Shown piece by piece: positions 54,958-61,028 of a stretch of 61,028 nucleotides of DNA. The DNA is from an uncultured Spirochaetaceae bacterium. GTDB taxonomy: Bacteria; Spirochaetota; Spirochaetia; DSM-27196; PWMO01. The translations under genes were made by a program, and so were the position numbers. Location: the NCBI GenBank assembly GCA_964654185.1, contig CAZZIE010000007.1, forward strand, positions 1-61,028. The letters are read 5' to 3'. Below the pieces are notes generated by a model that had not been told where the DNA came from, did not search any database, and saw only the letters and a program-made list of their open reading frames with translations. Each line of letters starts with the position of its first letter. Within the stretch, counting starts at the first letter, position 1.

Positions 54958-56397
54958 CTACAGTCGTGCGGTAGTGATCCGCTTCTTCACCATGTAGTCT
55001 TCAAGCGCGAAGTGCGAGCAGTCCTGTCCAAGCCCGCTCTGCTTGATGCCGATGTGCGGAAGATCGATGTAGTACTTCACGCCGTTCACCTGCACTTCAC
55101 CAAAGTCGAGATCCCGGGATGCCTTCTGGATCGTCGTAATGTCGTTGCTGAAGACGTAGGATGCCAGTCCCACGTCGGTGGAGTTGGCTCTAGCAATTAC
55201 GTCGTCGTAATCGGTGAAGGACAGGATGGGAACGACGGGGCCGAAGACCTCATCACAACTTACACGCATTGAGTCTTTGACGTTGTCCAGAACGGTGGGC
55301 ATGTAGTAGGAACCCTTGTCGGCCAGGTCATCGGGCACCTTCCCGCCGAAGAGAAGCTTCGCACCCTGTTTGACCGCCTCCTGGACCCACGAATCGATTC
55401 GATCACGAGCCTTCTTGTTGATGATCGGCCCCATTGTGGCGCCGGAATCTCGACCGTGACCAATTTTCACCGCCTTTGCGTGCTCAACCACCTTGTCAAC
55501 GAACTCTTTGTGTACCGACTCGTGCACAAAGATCCGTTCCGGTGTGACGCAGATTTGGCCCGAGTTGGAGAACTTCAGAAGGGAAACAATGGAAGCCGCC
55601 AGATCGACGTCCGCGTCGGGGAACACAAGAACCGGTGCGTTACCGCCGAGCTCCATGCTGTACATTTTCACGCTGGTCGACCCGTTCTCCATGATCTTGC
55701 GTCCGGTCTCCGAAGAACCGATGAGCGTGAGAACAGCGGGAATCGTGCTTTTTGTTATGATGTCGGCGGTCTCGCTGACCGGACCGGGAAGAATGTTGAC
55801 GACTCCCGGCGGCAGCCCAGCCTCGGCGCAGAGTTCACCTATGATGCACGCTGAAATGGGAGTGTCGCCGGAGGGCCGGATGATGATGGGACAGCCCGCC
55901 GCCATGGCCGGACCGATCTTGAACGCCAGATTCAACATGGGAAAGTTCCAGGCCACGAATGCGCCCACGACACCGGCGCCGCGGTAGATGACCTGATGGT
56001 CGAAATTACCGACCGTGTCCACAAGGAGGTGCCCGTGCAAGCGCTTGATCTCCTCGGCGTAGAACTCAAGTGAGTTTATGACGGCTTCATAGCCTTCATA
56101 CGCTTGCTCGTAGGTCTTTCCGTGCTCATTCATCTCCGCCTCGCGAATGAGCTCCTCGTTCTTCACAATTAGTTCGCGAAGGCGCAGCATGTAATCCACG
56201 CGTGTGTTTACCGACGCGTCCCGCCACGCAGGAAGGGCCTTCTTGGCTGCGTCCAGCGCTTTTCCGGTGTCGTCCGCAGTCGCCCACGCTACTTCTCCGA
56301 TCTTCTCATCGTTGGCCGGACAGAAGACATCTTGCCTTCTTCCTCCACTCGCATCCTGCAGTTCTCCAGCAATGTAGAGCTTCTTATATCCGTACAC
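54958..56397 (-). CDS. NAD-dependent aldehyde dehydrogenase (SSADH-like)
   Basis: WNFP, MELGGNAP, NSGQIC and EVFGP. Confidence 0.93.
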   Translation of the reverse strand: MYGYKKLYIAGELQDASGGRRQDVFCPANDEKIGEVAWATADDTGKALDAAKKALPAWRDASVNTRVDYMLRLRELIVKNEELIREAEMNEHGKTYEQAYEGYEAVINSLEFYAEEIKRLHGHLLVDTVGNFDHQVIYRGAGVVGAFVAWNFPMLNLAFKIGPAMAAGCPIIIRPSGDTPISACIIGELCAEAGLPPGVVNILPGPVSETADIITKSTIPAVLTLIGSSETGRKIMENGSTSVKMYSMELGGNAPVLVFPDADVDLAASIVSLLKFSNSGQICVTPERIFVHESVHKEFVDKVVEHAKAVKIGHGRDSGATMGPIINKKARDRIDSWVQEAVKQGAKLLFGGKVPDDLADKGSYYMPTVLDNVKDSMRVSCDEVFGPVVPILSFTDYDDVIARANSTDVGLASYVFSNDITTIQKASRDLDFGEVQVNGVKYYIDLPHIGIKQSGLGQDCSHFALEDYMVKKRITTARL

Positions 56398-56418
56398 GGG
56401 GGACCTCCAATGTTTGGT

Positions 56419-56455
56419 GTATTATGTATTCTATCATGGTATTATGTACAGTCAA
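56419..56455 (-). promoter_or_regulatory. Promoter with paired TACATAATAC boxes
   Basis: Minus strand TTGACT-16 nt-TAGAAT. GTATTATGTA occurs at 56419-56428 and 56439-56448. Confidence 0.6.
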
Positions 56456-56515
56456 CACTCCTTTTTGCGGGAGAATCGAGGCAAGTACCATCAATCGTAC
56501 AGAAGGTCATATACA

Positions 56516-57565
56516 ATGTATCAAGTCGAGAAGAACATCTGCGTTGTCATGACGGAACCCAAGCTCTTCGAAATCGAAGAGCGGGAGATACCTTCTCCAG
56601 ATCCGAGCGAAGTCCTGGTTCGAGTCGAGTACGTCGGCATATGCGGCTCGGACGTTCACCTGTTTCAGTCGGGTAGACAGGGAGAAAACGTGGCTTCGGA
56701 ACCGATGATTCTGGGTCACGAGGCTGCAGGGGTCGTTGTGGAAGTTGGCAGCGACGTGTCCCGTCTGCATATCGGCGACCGCGTTGCGATCGAGCCCGGA
56801 GAGGTGTGTGGCAGCTGCTACTACTGCAAGCGCGGGAAGTACAACCTCTGTCCACATATGGTTTTTCCATCGACGCCACCACACGACGGCGCCTACCGAA
56901 CCTACATGACCGTGCCACACTACGGCGCCATCCCTTTGCCGCAGAACGTGACTACCCGTCAGGGAGCCATGACGGAGCCCCTCTCGGTAGCACTGCAGAA
57001 CACCAAGCGAGGCGGGGTCACCGCGGGAAACTCCGTGATTGTGCTTGGGGCCGGTCCAATCGGCCTCATGAACGTCCTCTTCTGCCGAATGCGAGGTGCC
57101 ACGGAGATTGTTGTTGCCGGCAGACACAGGAGAAAGCTCAAGACGGCTCGTACGTGCGGCGCGACCACAGTCGTCGATGCAGAGCAGGGAGATATCATTC
57201 CCACCATTCTGGAAGTTACCGGTGGGGACGGAGCCGACGTTGTCATCGATTGCACTGGGACCAGCAAGGGATTGCAGATAACGCCGGAGCTCGTACGCCC
57301 GGGCGGTTCGATCGTCATGGTGGGAATGCCCCCGGATGACGTCGTGGGACTCAACGTCACGAAGCTTATCTGGAAAGAGGTTTCCGTGTTCGCATCGTTT
57401 CGCTACGACAACTGCTTTCCTGCTGCAATTCAGGCGCTTTCTACGGGTCGGATCGTCGTAGACCCACTCATTACCCATGAGTTCCCGCTGACCGAGCTAT
57501 CGGCGGCATTCCACTATGTTGTTGAGCACCGTGACGAAGTCATTAAGGCGGTCATCAGGATCTGA
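56516..57565 (+). CDS. Zn-dependent polyol (sorbitol/xylitol-type) dehydrogenase
   Basis: GICGSD, LGHEAAG, CGSCYYC...YNLC and LGAGPIG. Confidence 0.9.
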   Translation: MYQVEKNICVVMTEPKLFEIEEREIPSPDPSEVLVRVEYVGICGSDVHLFQSGRQGENVASEPMILGHEAAGVVVEVGSDVSRLHIGDRVAIEPGEVCGSCYYCKRGKYNLCPHMVFPSTPPHDGAYRTYMTVPHYGAIPLPQNVTTRQGAMTEPLSVALQNTKRGGVTAGNSVIVLGAGPIGLMNVLFCRMRGATEIVVAGRHRRKLKTARTCGATTVVDAEQGDIIPTILEVTGGDGADVVIDCTGTSKGLQITPELVRPGGSIVMVGMPPDDVVGLNVTKLIWKEVSVFASFRYDNCFPAAIQALSTGRIVVDPLITHEFPLTELSAAFHYVVEHRDEVIKAVIRI

Positions 57566-57641
57566 ATCGTTTACGTATCAGCGCACAATATAGGATGCAT
57601 GAATACGATATACACTCAAACCGACGTAAGTGAAGTTTTTG

Positions 57642-57686
57642 TTGACAGATTGGTATTCATAGTACAGTATACGTTATACATAGTAC
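57642..57686 (+). promoter_or_regulatory. Promoter with paired TWCATAGTAC boxes
   Basis: TTGACA at 57642, with boxes at 57656-57665 and 57677-57686. Confidence 0.55.
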
Positions 57687-57699
57687 GAAAGAGGTGACC

Positions 57700-58662
57700 A
57701 TGAGAACGTTGAGAATCGAAGGCGTTCAGAAGGATGCCTCGATACTTGGTCTGGGCACCATGATTTTTGCCCCAAACAAGAAAGACCTGTGTTTCGAGAT
57801 CCTTGAGAACTTCACGAGCCACGGCGGCACCTTTGTTGATACCGCCGAGATCTACGGCGACCCGGAGGAGCACGGCTATTCCGAGCAAACAATCGGAATG
57901 TGGCTGGATGAGACCGGCAAGCGAGATGACATTGTACTCTGCAGCAAAGGTCTGATCCCCGGCACCTGCAAGCCAATCCATACGAATGGCCTGGAGATTA
58001 CTCCCGAGCACATTCACGCCGCGATTTCCGGGAGCCTGGAGCGTCTTAGGACCGACTATCTTGATCTCTGGCTATTCCACCGGGACGACGAAAGCTTGGA
58101 TGTTGGCCCATTGGTCGATGCCTGCAACAAGGAGATCGACGACGGTCGGATCAAGGCCTACGGCGCTTCGAACTGGTCTACAAAGCGAATCCAGGAAGCG
58201 CGGGACTACGCTGCAAAGCACGGACTCCAGGCAATGAGCGCGTCCAGTCCCCACTTCTCACTCGCGGTTGCGAAGGAACCCTACTGGCCCAATACCGTCG
58301 TCGTTACACCCAGCGAAAAAGCCTGGTACGAGAAACACAACCTGCCGCTCATGGCGTGGTCCTCTCTCGGGCGTGGATTCATTGCGAAAGGCAGCCCGGA
58401 TTACACGGAGGACGAGAATCTGGTCCGCGTCTATTACAACGATGAGAACTTCGCGCGCCTCTCGCGAGCTGAAGAGATCGGTCGGAAGTATGGACTGAAC
58501 AAGATCGAGACGGCGCTCGCATATGTCTTGAGTCAGTCCTTCCCGACTATCGCTCTGGTTGGCGCGGCCAATAAGGCTGAAATGCTTTCCTGCCTCAAGG
58601 CGGCTGAGACAAAGCTCCCGCCGGAGGATATTGCATATCTCGAAGGCAATGCCGCTCGATGA
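57700..58662 (+). CDS. Aldo/keto reductase
   Basis: LGLGT, VDTAEIYG, SLERLRTDYLDL, YGASNWS and AWSSLGRG. Confidence 0.93.
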   Translation: MRTLRIEGVQKDASILGLGTMIFAPNKKDLCFEILENFTSHGGTFVDTAEIYGDPEEHGYSEQTIGMWLDETGKRDDIVLCSKGLIPGTCKPIHTNGLEITPEHIHAAISGSLERLRTDYLDLWLFHRDDESLDVGPLVDACNKEIDDGRIKAYGASNWSTKRIQEARDYAAKHGLQAMSASSPHFSLAVAKEPYWPNTVVVTPSEKAWYEKHNLPLMAWSSLGRGFIAKGSPDYTEDENLVRVYYNDENFARLSRAEEIGRKYGLNKIETALAYVLSQSFPTIALVGAANKAEMLSCLKAAETKLPPEDIAYLEGNAAR

Positions 58663-58760
58663 GCGAGCGCATGAAATAGGTGGTAGCAATCATTGGGTAC
58701 AACGCCCACCTCAAAACCAATCCGGGGCGGGCGTTCCAGTGCATTGGCAAGGAGGGTCAA

Positions 58761-59852
58761 ATGCGAAAGGCACTAGCAGTACTACTGATGGTCTTCATGG
58801 CCGTCAGCGTGTTCGCTGCAGGTCAGGGCGAAGCAGAGTCAGATGAGATAGTCATCGGCATCTCAATGCCTACCCTGCAAGAAGAACGGTGGCAAAAGGA
58901 TCAGCAGATCATGATCGACCAGCTTCTCGACCTCGGCGTTAAACGGGAGAACATCCTGATTCAGTCCGCTGACGGCGACGAACAGAAGCAGGTAACCCAG
59001 AGCGAGAACCTCATCACTCAGGGGATCGATGCGCTGATCATCATTCCTCAAAACGGTGAAGCCGTTGCTCCGGTAGTCGGATCGGCGCACGACGCGGGCA
59101 TCAAGGTGGTTGCAGTCGACCGCATCATCAAGAATGCAGCGCTGGACTTCTACGTCTCCTACGACATGTTTGCCCTTGGCCAGATTCAGGCGGACTACGT
59201 TGTGAACGAACTCGGTATAACATCTGGTGACTGGATTCTGGTCGGCGGCGCACCCACCGACCCGAACGCGGCGGTCATCCGTAACGGTCAGATGTCCATC
59301 TATGGTGAATATATCGAGAGCGGCGACATCAATGTCGTCCTTGATCAACCGGCGAACTACTGGAGCCCGGCGGAGGCGCTCCGAATTGTTGAGGCCGGCC
59401 TGACGCGAGCCAACAACGATGTCGACGTGGTGTTCACAACCAACGACGGGACGGCAGGCGCCGCAGTCGAGGCGCTCCAGGAGCAGGGTCTCGCAGGCGA
59501 AGTCGCAGTAACCGGACTGGATGCGGATCTGGCGGCGCTACAGCGCATCGTCCAGGGCACCCAGAGCATGACGGTCTACCGCAAACTGCGAGTTCAGGAC
59601 CAGGTCGCCGCTCAAGTGGCCTTTGCCTGGGCGACGGGGCAGGATCCGGCGGATGTGATCGACTTCCCGGTAACAAGCGTGGACAACGGATTCACCGAAC
59701 TCCCGGCAGTTCTCTTCGGTGCCGGCGAGGCAATGTTCGCGGTTGATGCCGACAACATCAAGGACGTTGTGGACGACGATTGGCTGGAAGCAGACGAGAT
59801 CTACTCAGACCTCGATTCGTCGCTGTGGCCGGACTGGTATCAGGGCAGCTAG
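58761..59852 (+). CDS. Sugar ABC substrate-binding protein (XylF-like)
   Basis: MPTLQEERWQKD, GGAPTDPNA, NDGTAGA, VTGLDADL and QSMTVY. Confidence 0.88.
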   Translation: MRKALAVLLMVFMAVSVFAAGQGEAESDEIVIGISMPTLQEERWQKDQQIMIDQLLDLGVKRENILIQSADGDEQKQVTQSENLITQGIDALIIIPQNGEAVAPVVGSAHDAGIKVVAVDRIIKNAALDFYVSYDMFALGQIQADYVVNELGITSGDWILVGGAPTDPNAAVIRNGQMSIYGEYIESGDINVVLDQPANYWSPAEALRIVEAGLTRANNDVDVVFTTNDGTAGAAVEALQEQGLAGEVAVTGLDADLAALQRIVQGTQSMTVYRKLRVQDQVAAQVAFAWATGQDPADVIDFPVTSVDNGFTELPAVLFGAGEAMFAVDADNIKDVVDDDWLEADEIYSDLDSSLWPDWYQGS

Positions 59853-59892
59853 GGCTGACAAGCACAGCAACCCATACCAATTGAATTGCACC

Positions 59893-59920
59893 GGTGGGGG
59901 AGGGCTTCGCCCTTCCCCGC
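59893..59920 (+). other. Intercistronic stem-loop after the SBP gene
   Basis: GGTGGGGAGGGC-TTC-GCCCTTCCCCGCC hairpin with no U-tract. Confidence 0.6.
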
Positions 59921-59947
59921 CTATACACCGCACTGGAGCGATTTTCC

Positions 59948-61028
59948 GTGAGTGACGCCGTACTTGAAATGCGCAACATAACGAAGGACTTCCCCGGTGT
60001 CCGGGCCTTGGACAACGTCTCCATGACGATCCGTCGCGGCGAAACCCACGCACTTGTGGGTGAGAACGGCGCGGGAAAGTCCACCCTTATCAAGATCCTC
60101 AGTGGCGCATATCCGTACAAGACCTACGAGGGACAGGTTTTCGTCAACGGTCAGGAAGCGGAGTTCCATTCTACACGGGATGCGGTCAACGCGGGGATTG
60201 CCGTCATCTATCAGGAGTTGGAACTGATCAAGCACTTGAGCGTTGCTGAAAACATCTTCCTTGGACGCCTCCACCGTCGACTCGGCGTCGTGGACTGGGA
60301 ACGCGTCTACTTTGAGGCGCGCAGGCTACTGGAGTCGATCGGTGTCAACATCGATCTGACCAAGCGCATAAATGATATTGGAATCGGCCAGCAGCAGTTG
60401 GTTGAGATTGCCAAGGCCCTCTCAGTCAACGCGGACATCCTGATTCTGGACGAGCCCACGGCAGCGTTGACCGAGACGGAAGTCGATCTCCTTATGGAGA
60501 TCATCCGTCAGCTTCGGGGAAATGGCGTTACCTGTCTGCTCATTTCCCATAAGCTGAACGAGGTCCTGGAGATAGCCGACCGCGTAACAGTTCTCCGCGA
60601 CGGGGCAGAGGTCGGTACCGATACGATCGAAAACTTCAACGAGGATCGTCTGATCAGCATGATGGCCGGACGCACCCTGACTCAGATGTACCCGGCCAGG
60701 GATAACCCCATTGGAAACGTCGTGCTGGAGGTTTCGAGTTTCAACAAGAAATCGTTCGGCAGAGACGCTGAGGAGATTCTGCACGATGTCAGCTTCACCG
60801 TCCGAGAGGGCGAGATACTCGGTATCTCCGGCTTAATGGGTGCGGGGCGGACAGAGCTTCTTATGAGCCTGTTCGGGTTTCTCAAGGGTGAAGATAGCGG
60901 CGAGATTCGCATCAATGGCGAAGCAGTAAGGATCGACCATCCGAAGGACGCAATTAGCCTGGGCATCGGCTCCGTGACCGAAGACCGCAAGCGCTATGGT
61001 CTCATACCGATTGAGCCAGTGGCGCGAA
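59948..61028 (+). CDS. Sugar ABC transporter ATP-binding protein (XylG-like), truncated by the window edge
   Basis: Not in the ORF track. My translation from GTG 59948 gives MSDAVLEMRNITKDFPGVRALDNV...GENGAGKST...LDEPT, open to the window end. Confidence 0.92.
   Translation, partial: MSDAVLEMRNITKDFPGVRALDNVSMTIRRGETHALVGENGAGKSTLIKILSGAYPYKTYEGQVFVNGQEAEFHSTRDAVNAGIAVIYQELELIKHLSVAENIFLGRLHRRLGVVDWERVYFEARRLLESIGVNIDLTKRINDIGIGQQQLVEIAKALSVNADILILDEPTAALTETEVDLLMEIIRQLRGNGVTCLLISHKLNEVLEIADRVTVLRDGAEVGTDTIENFNEDRLISMMAGRTLTQMYPARDNPIGNVVLEVSSFNKKSFGRDAEEILHDVSFTVREGEILGISGLMGAGRTELLMSLFGFLKGEDSGEIRINGEAVRIDHPKDAISLGIGSVTEDRKRYGLIPIEPVAR

Noticed and set aside
1-61028. tRNA, rRNA, prophage or transposase genes
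   Set aside because: None were recognised in the intergenic gaps or ORFs by eye. tRNAscan-SE or Infernal would be needed to exclude small RNAs.

Overview
This is 61 kb of GC-rich chromosome, most likely from a free-living spirochaete. That assignment is inferred from spirochaete-style 'FAxGxxE' N-termini on the solute-binding proteins, an MCP, an Lsa36-like outer-membrane protein and generally acidic proteins. About 55 CDS are supported, mostly metabolic, transport and redox genes. There are two sugar-utilisation clusters (28.2-37.5 kb and 51.5-61 kb), and the second is visibly lower in GC. I found no rRNA, tRNA, CRISPR array, transposase or integrase. Two signals stand out. (1) A dispersed family of about 165-bp elements (1-55 truncated, 6204-6368, 25677-25842, 27371-27535). 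They have conserved 25-bp terminal inverted repeats, a fixed 115-116-nt but highly divergent core, and a compensatory stem change. All four sit 3' of a gene in the same orientation as that gene, and two of them overlap its TAA stop. (2) An operon (9828-13121) of two cNMP-binding GGDEF proteins whose catalytic defects look complementary, followed by a DHH/DHHA1 phosphoesterase. This is a candidate heterodimeric, cyclic-nucleotide-gated dinucleotide synthase/hydrolase module. Product calls come from motif recognition by eye with no database searches, and start codons were adjusted from the ORF track where an RBS or the family N-terminus supports it.
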